From an uncultured Tissierellaceae bacterium (GTDB lineage Bacteria > Bacillota > Clostridia > Tissierellales > Tissierellaceae), in assembly GCA_964415085.1 (NCBI GenBank), contig CAYPYI010000001.1:35757-99756 (forward strand): a stretch of 64,000 bases of DNA. The letters run 5' to 3'. This document shows, in pieces, positions 39,904 through 49,868 of this stretch (within the stretch, counting starts at the first letter, position 1; each line of letters starts with the position of its first letter). The position numbers were made by a program, and so were the translations under genes. The notes under the pieces are model-generated. The model saw only the letters and a program-made list of their open reading frames with translations, was not told where the DNA came from and made no database searches.

Positions 39904-42354
39904 TTACTCCTGCTCATTAATAGAATATATGGAGTCTTTAAATAAATAATAAAATAATATAAAATATAGAAAATATAAACCCATTTTTCTTAAAAATATA
40001 TATTTTTTATTATACTTATTACATTCATTGCTGTATAAGCTAAAATTGAATGTTCTACTACTTAACTCTAACCTTATTCTTCCATTTTTATCAGTTCTAT
40101 AAATTTTTGTACCATTATTTTTAAATCTATTTATTACTTCTTCATCTGGATGGTTAAATCTATTATTTCTTCCTACAGATATTATAGCATAATCTGGATT
40201 CGTTTTTTTTATAAAATCTAATTTTGATGAAGTTTTGCTACCATGGTGAGCAACTTTTAAAATATCTATATTATTTATTTTATTATTACTTATTAATTTT
40301 TCTTCTGCAAGTTCCTCTATATCACCTGTAAATAATAGTTTTTTATTATAGTACTTTAATAAAATAACCAAAGATTTATCATTGGAAGATGTTTTTTCAC
40401 TAGTCTTCTTATTTGGATAAACAATATCTAAATATAATTTATTAGAAATAATGAAACTACTGCTATCATCAATTAATTCTATCTTAATATTATTTTCTAA
40501 TAAATATAAATACAGATCTTTTTCAGGCCTATAACTACAGTAAATCTTATCAATTTTTATAAAAGGTATAATATCATACAAAGCTTCATAATGATCTTTA
40601 TCAAAATGAGTTATAAATAAAAGATCTATTTTTTTAATATTATTCTTTACTAAATAAGGTAAAGTTATATTCTGCCCAATTTTAAAGTCCCCAAATACAG
40701 TACCACCTGTATCTATCAATATATTTTTTTCCTTGTACCTTATTAAAGCACAATCTCCCTGTGATACATCTACAAAATCAATAGTTACTTTATCATCTGT
40801 TAAAATACATATATAATTTGTTGCTATAGCTAAAACTAAAATATAAATTATAAAGTTTTGATATAATCCTTTTATATAACAAGTAAACTTAAAATTATAG
40901 TAATATAAGGCTCTTTTTAGTTTTGGATTATCTAGTCCTAATAAAAGAACTAATAATAAAATATAGTAATAAAATATAAATATAGTATCTGGGCTAAATA
41001 AAGTTATATTAAAAATATTCACTTTATTTAGTAGTTTAATTATCATCATATTAAAATATATAATTTTATCCACAATATAACTTAGTATATTTATTATACT
41101 TACAAAGTTTATAGGAGTAAAAATAATACATATGGAAAATAATAATGATAGTGAAATTATAGGAATTATCAATATATTTGATATTATACTTATAGGTTTA
41201 GTTGTATTAAAATAATACATCTCTATTGGAAATAAAAATATTACTACAGATAGTGTTGGTATTATTTCACTTAAAAATAGAGAGTCTATGTGATAAAATC
41301 TATTAATTAAATACTCTTCAAAAAATTTAATTCCCAAGGTAGCCATAGCTGATAATTTAAAACTTAAATTGTATATATATAATGGATTATATATGAGCAT
41401 AATAAAAATAGTAAATAAAGCTTCAATTTTCCCATGATAGGGCAAATTGAGTATTTCTTTAATACACTTTACACTAAACATTATAGATGCTCGAACAATA
41501 GAAGCTGGAAAATCAATTATAAATGCATATATCCATAAAAACATTAAAATAACACCATATTTATACTGCTTTTTAATATTAAATATTGATAATATTTTTT
41601 CTAAGAAAAATACTATTAAATTAATATGAAGTCCAGATGCTGCTAGAACATGTGATATTCCTAGATTTGTATAATCTTTCCTAGTTCTATCATTAAGAAT
41701 GTTATCGGATAAAAGTATACTAAATAATAATTTATAACTATCCTCTGATAAAGATTGTTTAAGTTTATCATTTATTTTCGACTTAATATTCTCTTTATAA
41801 TAAATTATCTTATTATAATCTAATTCTAGTATTTCAACATCTTTAGATTTTATACTTGTAGTATAAAATATTTTCTTGCCTTTTAAATAATCCCTATAGT
41901 TAAATAGTTTTGGGTTAGTATTTCTACTTGGGCTTTTTAAAATAAGATTACATCTTATATATGTATTGACTTTTATATTATTCTCATTATTATATATTGT
42001 AATCAAAATCTTTTCTTTGCTAATTTTTTTGTTATTTATTTTCTTTATCTCTAAAATAAATTTGTCGTTTTTTTCTTCTTTAGTGAGTAAACCTTCTATT
42101 TTTACATTTTTCTTGGATATAAAATGTAATTTACTACTAGATACTATACTATATCTATATGAACCTACCAGCAAAATAATTATTATTAAAATAATTTTAT
42201 TTAACTTTTTTTGCTTTTTAGTATAAAATAGATATATTAATACTATAATCAAAATAAAGATTATTATTTTGAAACTTATACTATAATAGGAAATTAAAAT
42301 TCCTAATAAATAAATTATAATTAAAAAAAATAAATTTATCTCCACAATTATCAC
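39904..42354 (-). CDS. comEC: DNA internalisation competence protein ComEC/Rec2
   Basis: N-terminal OB/DUF4131-like region, a multi-TM competence domain and a C-terminal metallo-beta-lactamase domain (ITHFDKDH...VAHHGS). The start is more likely the GTG at 42345, behind AAGGTGA. Confidence 0.87.
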   Translation of the reverse strand: MIIVEINLFFLIIIYLLGILISYYSISFKIIIFILIIVLIYLFYTKKQKKLNKIILIIIILLVGSYRYSIVSSSKLHFISKKNVKIEGLLTKEEKNDKFILEIKKINNKKISKEKILITIYNNENNIKVNTYIRCNLILKSPSRNTNPKLFNYRDYLKGKKIFYTTSIKSKDVEILELDYNKIIYYKENIKSKINDKLKQSLSEDSYKLLFSILLSDNILNDRTRKDYTNLGISHVLAASGLHINLIVFFLEKILSIFNIKKQYKYGVILMFLWIYAFIIDFPASIVRASIMFSVKCIKEILNLPYHGKIEALFTIFIMLIYNPLYIYNLSFKLSAMATLGIKFFEEYLINRFYHIDSLFLSEIIPTLSVVIFLFPIEMYYFNTTKPISIISNILIIPIISLSLLFSICIIFTPINFVSIINILSYIVDKIIYFNMMIIKLLNKVNIFNITLFSPDTIFIFYYYILLLVLLLGLDNPKLKRALYYYNFKFTCYIKGLYQNFIIYILVLAIATNYICILTDDKVTIDFVDVSQGDCALIRYKEKNILIDTGGTVFGDFKIGQNITLPYLVKNNIKKIDLLFITHFDKDHYEALYDIIPFIKIDKIYCSYRPEKDLYLYLLENNIKIELIDDSSSFIISNKLYLDIVYPNKKTSEKTSSNDKSLVILLKYYNKKLLFTGDIEELAEEKLISNNKINNIDILKVAHHGSKTSSKLDFIKKTNPDYAIISVGRNNRFNHPDEEVINRFKNNGTKIYRTDKNGRIRLELSSRTFNFSLYSNECNKYNKKYIFLRKMGLYFLYFILFYYLFKDSIYSINEQE

Positions 42355-42439
42355 CTTTAAATATTCTTAATTACTTATTCTTCGAAAAGTAAATTATCCC
42401 TATATTTAATGTGATATTAATTTTGAAAGGTGTGATTTA

Positions 42440-43660
42440 GTGACCATAAAAACATATATGGAAGACTCGTATTTAAAGGAAATTAAAGCAAATGTAATTA
42501 GTATTACAAAGAAGGAAGATTTATTTTATATTATTCTTGATCGTACAATTTTCTATCCCCACTTAGCTGGTGGTCAGCCAAGGGATAAAGGAACTATTAA
42601 TGGTATAAATGTAATTGATGTCTATGAAGATGAAGATAATAATATAATTCATGTAGTTAAAGAAGAAATCCACTCTGATAAGGTAGATTTAAATATTGAT
42701 TGGAACAACAGATTTGATCTTATGCAGCAACACACTGGTCAACATCTATTATCTGCTAATATTTTTAATCTATATCAAGCAGAAACAGAAAGTTTTCACT
42801 TTGGTGATGAATATATTTCTATTGAGGTTACAAAAGATGACTTTTCATATAAGGAAATTAAACAAGTTGAATACCTCACTAACCGTATGATACAAAGTAA
42901 TATTAAAATAAGTTCATACTTACCTTCTAAGGAAGATTTGACAGAAATCCCTTTAAGAAAAACCCCAACAACAGATGAAGAATTAAGGGTTGTAGAAATT
43001 GATGGAATTGATTTTTCTGCTTGCTGCGGGACTCATTTAAATTCAACTGGTGAACTTGGTCTTGTTAAAATTAGAAAAACTGAAAAAACTAAAGGAAAAA
43101 CAAAAATAGATTTTGTTTGTGGTTATAGAGCACTACAAGATTATTCTTGGAAAAATGATGCTATTTATGAAGTAGGGGCTTTACTATCTGCTAAAGCTGA
43201 AAATATAGTAGAAAAAACCAAAGAATTAATAGAAATAAAAGAAAATTTAGAAAAAGAACTTCTTATAAATAAAAAAAATCTAGCAAAAGCTAGAGCTAAA
43301 ATTTTACTAAGCGAATCAAAATCGTATAATAATATTTCCTATATTGTTAAAAGTTTTGATAATGAAAACATAAAAGATGTCAATTTAATTTCATCAATAT
43401 TAAATGAAAGTGATAATACTATACAGCTTTATACAACTAATAACAATGGAGTTATCCAGTTTGTAATAAGCAGAAGTAATAATCTGGATATAGATCTTAA
43501 TTATATTCTTAAAGGTTTAAAAGATAGTATGAATATAAGAGGCGGTGGAAGTCAGTATACTGTCCAAGGAACTATAGACTATGAAGAGTCAGAAAGCCTT
43601 ATAAGAGAATTTTATAGTAAAATACGAGAATATTACAAGGAAAAAAATGAACAATTATAA
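42440..43660 (+). CDS. AlaX-L type alanyl-tRNA editing protein
   Basis: HTGQHLL (HxxxH) and CCGTH (CxxxH) zinc editing-site motifs of the AlaRS second additional domain, plus a C-terminal DHHA1-like extension. GTG start behind AAAGGTG. Confidence 0.82.
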   Translation: MTIKTYMEDSYLKEIKANVISITKKEDLFYIILDRTIFYPHLAGGQPRDKGTINGINVIDVYEDEDNNIIHVVKEEIHSDKVDLNIDWNNRFDLMQQHTGQHLLSANIFNLYQAETESFHFGDEYISIEVTKDDFSYKEIKQVEYLTNRMIQSNIKISSYLPSKEDLTEIPLRKTPTTDEELRVVEIDGIDFSACCGTHLNSTGELGLVKIRKTEKTKGKTKIDFVCGYRALQDYSWKNDAIYEVGALLSAKAENIVEKTKELIEIKENLEKELLINKKNLAKARAKILLSESKSYNNISYIVKSFDNENIKDVNLISSILNESDNTIQLYTTNNNGVIQFVISRSNNLDIDLNYILKGLKDSMNIRGGGSQYTVQGTIDYEESESLIREFYSKIREYYKEKNEQL

Positions 43661-43701
43661 TATTTCGATATAGTATGTTTAAGAAAATCATTTTATAATA
43701 A

Positions 43702-43740
43702 ATGAGTCCTATGTTATATAATAGGGCTCATTTTTATTTT
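43702..43740. terminator. Intrinsic terminator shared by the convergent alaX-like and ComK-like genes
   Basis: ATGAGTCCTAT / ATAGGGCTCAT stem (one G.U pair) followed by TTTTTATTTTT, with an A-rich left flank. Confidence 0.75.
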
Positions 43741-43783
43741 TCTATTAAATAAATTTTAAAGGGCATTATAATTAATATTTTAT

Positions 43784-44317
43784 TTATTTTACAAACTCTC
43801 CTATTAGCTTTTTATCAATAAATTCCCAGTTACTTATGCATAATCTTTTCTGATACCTTCTACTTCCATCATCTATCGCATCAGACATATGTTTTAGCAC
43901 TAAATATATGTATCTTGCATTATTTATACTATTTACCACAAAATTATAACTAGAAATAACTTCAAGGCTATATCCCGATGACATTCTTACAAAAATAGAT
44001 CCCGAACTTTTTCTTACATATTTGATACATCTTAAATTTATATATCCATAGGAAGGGTCATTTTTTATTTTTGGTTTTCTAAATTTTATCTTGATAAATA
44101 TGCTGTTATTAAATACTAATGGCAAACTAATTTTACTATTTAATAGTCTTCTTACATAATCATCATCTACCTTGGCAGGTCCTTTATTTAAAATCTTCTC
44201 TAAGACAGTGTTTAGTGGTCTATCAATCCTAATAACTTCATTAAAAGCAAAAAATAGTGTACAATCACCTCTTTGATTAATATAAGCCGGGCAGATACAA
44301 TCTATTTTTGTTATCAT
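43784..44317 (-). CDS. Hypothetical protein, possibly ComK-family competence regulator
   Basis: 177 aa. The central and C-terminal pattern (...SLPLVFNNSIFIKIKF...YGYINLRCIKYV...IFVRMSSGYSLEVISSYNFVVNSINNARYI) resembles my recollection of B. subtilis ComK (...PPIMVDPSNQIFLFPT...CGWISHVHVKEF...VTFSNGKTMELPISYNSFENQVYRTAWL). This is a by-eye alignment only. Confidence 0.4.
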   Translation of the reverse strand: MITKIDCICPAYINQRGDCTLFFAFNEVIRIDRPLNTVLEKILNKGPAKVDDDYVRRLLNSKISLPLVFNNSIFIKIKFRKPKIKNDPSYGYINLRCIKYVRKSSGSIFVRMSSGYSLEVISSYNFVVNSINNARYIYLVLKHMSDAIDDGSRRYQKRLCISNWEFIDKKLIGEFVK

Positions 44318-44347
44318 AGAGATTATTTCCCTCCCAATTAAACAAAA

Positions 44348-44923
44348 TCACATCTTTTTATCACAATTCCTGCTCAACCACTGTTTTTTATTTATAGAAT
44401 ACCTTATTACATCGAATATTTCATTTTTACTATTTCTCATTGCCTCCTTTTCCATTCCTTCAAATCTCATACTCGCTTTTTCCATTACTCTACCAGAAGC
44501 CTTATTATCAATGTTATGACTTGCCTTTATAATCAAAAATCCTTCACTATTAAATAAATAATCAATAACTAATATAAGAGCTTCTGTCATAATATTATTA
44601 TTCCAATACTTCTCACTTAATACAAATCCCAAACTTGCAATTCTATTTTCTAAATCAAGTTCTACTGTATCAATCATTCCAACTAATTTATTATTTTCTT
44701 TTAATACTATTGCCCATCTATAATTCATACCTTGTTTATAATCTTGCTGCCATTTTTCAATGACTTTTTTAGTTTCCTCTATACTATCATGCCTATCCCA
44801 AGTTAAATATTTCGTAACATTAGCTGAACTAGCCCAATTATCATATATTTCATTAGCGTCATTTAATGTAATCTTCCTTAATTTTATACGATCATTTTCT
44901 AATATTTTAAAATCATATTTCAT
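44348..44923 (-). CDS. GNAT-family N-acetyltransferase (RimJ/RimL-like)
   Basis: 191 aa. RIKLRKITLNDANEIYDNW...YLTWD...; a typical RimL-type acetyltransferase pattern. Confidence 0.85.
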   Translation of the reverse strand: MKYDFKILENDRIKLRKITLNDANEIYDNWASSANVTKYLTWDRHDSIEETKKVIEKWQQDYKQGMNYRWAIVLKENNKLVGMIDTVELDLENRIASLGFVLSEKYWNNNIMTEALILVIDYLFNSEGFLIIKASHNIDNKASGRVMEKASMRFEGMEKEAMRNSKNEIFDVIRYSINKKQWLSRNCDKKM

Positions 44924-45065
44924 TATAATTCTCCTTTTCTATTAAAATACGTTTGTATACTATTGTCTTGGGTATAATTTAAACGAAAGTATCTTTAGAG
45001 GTTTATCTATTTCCCGATACTAATTAGGTTGGCTTATCATATCCAATCTAATTTTAAAATAGATT

Positions 45066-45097
45066 GAAGTAGGGGAGTTATCCTCTACTTCTTTTTT
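45066..45097 (+). terminator. Intrinsic terminator hairpin whose T-run is on the plus strand
   Basis: GAAGTAGGGGA-GTTA-TCCTCTACTTC (11 bp, one G.U pair) followed by TTTTTT. The minus-sense flank (AATCTATTTT) is only weakly U-rich. Confidence 0.6.
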
Positions 45098-45115
45098 ATT
45101 GTTAACTTAATTTTA

Positions 45116-45571
45116 TCATAAATTATCTTTTTTTATAACTAAATTATTATTTTTTTTATTCATTATTATTATTCCTAATATAACACCACTTGAATCTATT
45201 AATACATCGGTAAATTTACCCATTCTTCCTGGAACATAAGTTTGATGAATCTCATCACTAATAGCAAAAAGTATCAATAAAGTAGTTACATAATTAATTA
45301 TTTTATTATTACTTATATTTTGTTTTAAAAAATGAAGGTATAGTATAATAGCTAAAGTCATGTAACTAAAGAAATGTGAAGATTTTCTTATAATATAATT
45401 GAATTTATTTAACAGATTATTATTTTCTAAACTAATATTTAAAAACTTAAATATTGATATAGCTATATTTTGGCTCATTTGATTTGAGTTTTTTATTGGA
45501 ACACCTGACATTTTAAATATTAATACCATTAATAAAACTGCTAAAATCAAATATCTATTTCTCCTTATCAT
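45116..45571 (-). CDS. VanZ-family membrane protein
   Basis: 151 aa with four TM helices. Motifs RKSSHFFSY..., SDEIHQTYVPGRMGKFTDVLIDSSG. Confidence 0.78.
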   Translation of the reverse strand: MIRRNRYLILAVLLMVLIFKMSGVPIKNSNQMSQNIAISIFKFLNISLENNNLLNKFNYIIRKSSHFFSYMTLAIILYLHFLKQNISNNKIINYVTTLLILFAISDEIHQTYVPGRMGKFTDVLIDSSGVILGIIIMNKKNNNLVIKKDNL

Positions 45572-45902
45572 TATTAAATTTACCCACCTTTTATGTATAA
45601 TTTATACAGTAATAAATAAAAATCCAGATGATGAAACTTTCTGAATTTTTAATAAACCATATTTATAAATTATCTATCTATATAAATTAAATTATACAAG
45701 AAATTTTATTAAGATCAAAAATTACCTTCAAAACTAAATTTTTCTATTATAATTTTATCTCTTAAATATAATCCCAGCCTATCTTATAACTTAAAATCCA
45801 TTGTAAGAGCATAGATGCTTGTATATTAGAGTCTTTATAAGTATACCTATAGAAATATACAGATGTTAGTCTATCTTCTAATTACAAGCTTTTTTACTTA
45901 TA

Positions 45903-46331
45903 CTATCCAATTATGACCGCCTTATTTTTAGCATCCCAGTTTACATCTATGAGTAAACTTTCAAAAAAATCACGTATGCTAACATATGTTTTACCATCTT
46001 TTATAAAAGATTCATTTTTTAAATCTATTAATAATCCATTTATATATATTTTACTTTTATTTATAGGCAGTTTCATTTCAATATTATCTTTGTTTACTAA
46101 GGCTATCTTTTCTATATCATCATATCCAACTTCAAATCCAACTTCCTCGCATAGTTCTCTTAATGGTATAAATATAACCCCATTTTCTAATATAGGAGGA
46201 TTATTTAGATTTATATGTTTGTCATGATAAATAATTTGTAAATCACTTGACGCAAAAGATATATTTCCAATAATTGTAGATATAATTAATAAAACTATAA
46301 TAATAAAATCATTAATACTTTTATTTTTCAT
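45903..46331 (-). CDS. Secreted copper amine oxidase N-terminal-domain (stalk-like) protein
   Basis: Signal peptide, then NGVIFIPLRELCEEVGFEVGYD...GKTYVSIRDFFESLLIDVNWD, typical of the Clostridial CAO-N domain. Confidence 0.7.
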   Translation of the reverse strand: MKNKSINDFIIIVLLIISTIIGNISFASSDLQIIYHDKHINLNNPPILENGVIFIPLRELCEEVGFEVGYDDIEKIALVNKDNIEMKLPINKSKIYINGLLIDLKNESFIKDGKTYVSIRDFFESLLIDVNWDAKNKAVIIG

Positions 46332-46362
46332 ATTTATCCTCCTATATGTTTTATCCCTCTAT

Positions 46363-47001
46363 TTATTCATTTAATAGCTTCTTATATATTCCATCAATAT
46401 AATGAAGTGGTGCTGCTGGATTATGGCAAGTAACCCTATCTTTCACTATCAAAGTTGTTACTGGTAGGTCACAGTGCATATAAAATAAAGTATCATGTCC
46501 AACACATAAACCAATCATTACAACGAAATCAACACCCATATTTTCAAAATATTTACTTTGTAAAACCGGATTACACATAGATTCATGTCCTACATTTTTT
46601 CTTATTTTATCTTCCTTCGATATTCCAACTTCTTCCTTTTCTATCGCACCTACTTTACAGCTTAAGGCTTCATACTTTATACCATGACTTTTTAGAATTT
46701 TACAAAAAACCCTTGTTTCAGGAAGCATTGAAATACATGATGCTATTCCAACTTTTTTAAAACCCATTCGTTTTATAAAATCTACAGTTTCCTCTACTCT
46801 TGTAGCTTTAAGATAATTATGTGCTTCTACTGCAGATGAAACTTTTGTAATTTTATTTGTTAAAGGATCATTTCTATAAATTTCTAAAACCTTATCAATA
46901 GTAGCTTGATCTAATTTTTTTGTTGGACAAAAACTTGGATAATCTTCATCTAGTCTACAGCCTAACAAACCACAACTTTCACACCCTAAATCTTTTTTCA
47001 T
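46363..47001 (-). CDS. DUF1847-family Cys-rich metal-binding protein
   Basis: 212 aa. N-terminal CESCGLLGC...SFCPTK and further conserved Cys/His (CISM, CKVG, CNP, CVGHD, CH). The family assignment is from memory. Confidence 0.55.
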   Translation of the reverse strand: MKKDLGCESCGLLGCRLDEDYPSFCPTKKLDQATIDKVLEIYRNDPLTNKITKVSSAVEAHNYLKATRVEETVDFIKRMGFKKVGIASCISMLPETRVFCKILKSHGIKYEALSCKVGAIEKEEVGISKEDKIRKNVGHESMCNPVLQSKYFENMGVDFVVMIGLCVGHDTLFYMHCDLPVTTLIVKDRVTCHNPAAPLHYIDGIYKKLLNE

Positions 47002-47072
47002 ATGTACTCCTCCTTATTTACATCATACCCACTTTTCTAAAAATAAAAAGACTATATCAATTGATATAATCT

Positions 47073-47579
47073 TTATTGGACCATATATCTATAATAGCAT
47101 TGATTTTTTATCTTATCTTCATAGCCTATATCTAGTGCAAATAATTTACCACCATGCTTTTTGTAAAATGATTTAGCTCTGTCATTGTAATAATTGCATC
47201 CATTATAAAATACTTTAACATTATTTTCTTTACAATAATTATTAACTATTTCCATTGCTTTAGATCCTATACCTTGATTTTGAAACTTTCTTAAGATGTA
47301 TAAGGAGTAAAGGCATATATCATATTGTTTCGAAAATTTGTCAATCGGTGCTTCACCATATATTAAATAACCAATAATACTATTATCTTTTAGTATTTTA
47401 TGCACAATATATTTCTTGTCATTAATCATACTTTCAAATTTATTTTCATGATATTCAAAATCATAATTTTCTAAAATTTCTTTATTAAATATATTAGTAT
47501 AAGTTTCTTTCCAAACTTTTTTTCTCAATATAGATAATTCTTTTTTATCATTTATATTCGCTAATTGAAAATTTATCAA
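47073..47579 (-). CDS. GNAT-family N-acetyltransferase
   Basis: 168 aa with acetyl-CoA binding motif RKFQNQGIGSKAM. Confidence 0.85.
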   Translation of the reverse strand: MINFQLANINDKKELSILRKKVWKETYTNIFNKEILENYDFEYHENKFESMINDKKYIVHKILKDNSIIGYLIYGEAPIDKFSKQYDICLYSLYILRKFQNQGIGSKAMEIVNNYCKENNVKVFYNGCNYYNDRAKSFYKKHGGKLFALDIGYEDKIKNQCYYRYMVQ

Positions 47580-47688
47580 AATTATCCTCCTTCAATTACA
47601 TTTTATGTAATTTAATAAGATTTCGCTTTTGCATAACGATTAAATTATATAATCTTTTCGTACAACCGTCAATTAGTAATCACATTTA

Positions 47689-47730
47689 TTATTATTTAAA
47701 AGAATTATTATTTAAAAGAATTATTATTTA
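47689..47730. repeat. Short tandem repeat, 16-nt unit TTATTATTTAAAAGAA, about 2.6 copies
   Basis: Two exact copies at 47689-47704 and 47705-47720, plus a 10-nt partial third copy. Lies in the intergenic region upstream of the GNAT gene. Confidence 0.9.
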
Positions 47731-47762
47731 TTAAATATATTTTTTATTTATGGTATATAAAA

Positions 47763-47804
47763 AGATATAGAATAGTAGTAACTTTTACCATCTATCCTAT
47801 ATCT
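47763..47804 (-). terminator. Intrinsic terminator after the S12 hydrolase gene
   Basis: AGATATAGAATAG / CTATCCTATATCT stem. The minus sense is followed by TTTTTAT. Confidence 0.6.
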
Positions 47805-47849
47805 ATTATTTAAAATTTAAAATCTAATATACTATTTTTTTTAATGAAA

Positions 47850-49868
47850 CTACTTTTTTATACCATTTATAATCATATCTTCTTGCCTTAAAACAAGCGA
47901 TTGAGCCTGATTGTTCTTTATTTCATTAAATTCTATTGTAGCATTAATTATTTTATATTTAAATAAATTGTCTTTCTCATAATATATTTCTACTTTAGGT
48001 TGATTTGTAAGTTGAGCGTATATTTTATTATCTTCACTTGTAATAACAATTTCTAGTTCATCTGTAACTTTATAACTGCCAATATATTTACTGTAATCAA
48101 TATCTATCGGTTTTTCTTTAGAATCATCTTTCATTCTTGGTATATCAAGCTTAATTCCTAATTGATTAAATATTATTTTTTCTACTTTATTATTCTCAAA
48201 AATGAATTCCATAGAAGCATCTGCTTGCTTTATTATAAACTTATTATCACCTAAATATATTGTATCAAATGGATCTTGACCTGTTATCTGACCAACTATT
48301 TTACCATCTTTACTTGTAATATCTAAGTACATACCTTCATTAAACTCATATCTACCAATAAGCTGGTTAATTAGTTTTTCTTCTAATTTAACTTCTTTTA
48401 TTTCTGCTGGATAAGCTACTTCCTTATTATCTATAAGTTTTTTTATATCACTTTCAATAGTTGAAACATCATACAACCTATTATTTACAAGTATTATATT
48501 AACTATATCTTCTTTGGGATATTTTACAATTATACTACTAAATCCAAATGTTTGACCATCATGCATATATATAGGACCTTTTTCTGTATCAACTATTATA
48601 AATCCATATCCATAATTGACATTTTCACTTCCCATGTTGTTGTGTCTTGTAAATAATAATTCTGTCGTTTTTTCATTTAATATTGAATTGTTATCAAGTG
48701 CCTTACTCCATCTATACAAGTCTTCTACAGTTGAATACATACTTCCTGCTCCTGATGCAGTTTTTTGTAAAAGTTCATCATCCATAACCTCTACTTCTAA
48801 AAATCCTACATATCCTGTAGCATCTTGAATTTTATTCTCTTTACCATAGTTAATACCACTATCATACATACCTATTGGTTTTAATATTTCTTCAACTAAA
48901 TAATCCTCATAACTATGATTTGTTATTTTTTCAACTATTTTACTTAATAATAAATAATTAGTATTTGAATACTCAAAAGATTCTCCTGGATTAAAATTTA
49001 TTCCTTTACTGTTAACAAGATTAACTATATCATCATAATGATCAGATTTACCATCAAATGTATAGTATTCTACTTGATCTGTAAAGTTAATAAGTCCAGA
49101 CCCATGTGATAATAAATTATGAATGGTTATATTTTCAGAATTTATAACCTCTGGTAAGTACTTACTTAAACTATCATCCAAACTAATCTTACCATCTTCA
49201 TATAATTTTAATATGGAAACTGATGTAAATTGCTTACTTATTGAACCTATAGAAAATCTAGTCTGTTCTTTATTATCTATTCTATGTTCTAAATTAGCAA
49301 AACTATAACCTTTATTTATTAATATTTTATCTTCTTTAGCTACTAAAACTGACCCATGAAAATTTTTATTTTTAACATTTTTTAATAAATAGTCATCAAT
49401 CTTATTAGATATTTCATCTGCATCATTACTTTTTATTACATCAGACTCTTTTTTATTTCTAAAAGCGAATTCTTTTTTCTTATCATTAAATGAACCTATT
49501 GTTTCTGTATATTTTCCAAATAGCTCTACAGGAGAATATGTATTTTCACCTTTTAATATATTTTTTGCCTTAAGATTATATTTGTTACCATTTGAATCTA
49601 CTTCATTTTGGTCAATTGAAAAACTTAAGACCTCATCCTTATTCTTAGCTGCTACTGATTTGCTAGAGTGATCCCAAGTTACTATGTAGTTTAATCTTTC
49701 TAGAACATCTCTAACAGGCAAATAAATAATACCATTTAAATCCAAAATTTCTTTCTCCTCATATATATTTTCATTTATACTTAATTTATATGATGATTTT
49801 GCAAAAATTGGTGTAATAGAAATGATTAATATTAAAAAAACTAAAATAAAAATATTTCTTTTTTTCAT
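47850..49868 (-). CDS. Secreted serine hydrolase of the class C beta-lactamase/DD-peptidase (S12) family, with an N-terminal CAO-N domain and a repeated C-terminal domain
   Basis: - Signal peptide.
- CAO-N motif GIIYLPVRDVLERLNYIVTWD.
- SxxK = GSISKQF; YxN = EYSNTNY; late HDGQTFG box.
- Two similar C-terminal segments (GRYEFNEGMYLDITSKDGKIVGQITGQ / GSYKVTDELEIVITSEDNKIYAQLTNQ). Confidence 0.8.
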   Translation of the reverse strand: MKKRNIFILVFLILIISITPIFAKSSYKLSINENIYEEKEILDLNGIIYLPVRDVLERLNYIVTWDHSSKSVAAKNKDEVLSFSIDQNEVDSNGNKYNLKAKNILKGENTYSPVELFGKYTETIGSFNDKKKEFAFRNKKESDVIKSNDADEISNKIDDYLLKNVKNKNFHGSVLVAKEDKILINKGYSFANLEHRIDNKEQTRFSIGSISKQFTSVSILKLYEDGKISLDDSLSKYLPEVINSENITIHNLLSHGSGLINFTDQVEYYTFDGKSDHYDDIVNLVNSKGINFNPGESFEYSNTNYLLLSKIVEKITNHSYEDYLVEEILKPIGMYDSGINYGKENKIQDATGYVGFLEVEVMDDELLQKTASGAGSMYSTVEDLYRWSKALDNNSILNEKTTELLFTRHNNMGSENVNYGYGFIIVDTEKGPIYMHDGQTFGFSSIIVKYPKEDIVNIILVNNRLYDVSTIESDIKKLIDNKEVAYPAEIKEVKLEEKLINQLIGRYEFNEGMYLDITSKDGKIVGQITGQDPFDTIYLGDNKFIIKQADASMEFIFENNKVEKIIFNQLGIKLDIPRMKDDSKEKPIDIDYSKYIGSYKVTDELEIVITSEDNKIYAQLTNQPKVEIYYEKDNLFKYKIINATIEFNEIKNNQAQSLVLRQEDMIINGIKK

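Noticed and set aside
45572-45902. 330-nt gene-free spacer examined for an RNA gene or small ORF
   Set aside because: It is almost pure AT. It has no conserved RNA motif I recognise, only trivial ORFs (at most 19 codons) without an SD, and no convincing stem-loops.
47689-47730. Tandem repeat considered as a CRISPR or minisatellite array
   Set aside because: It has only about 2.6 contiguous 16-nt copies, no spacers and no cas genes anywhere in the window.
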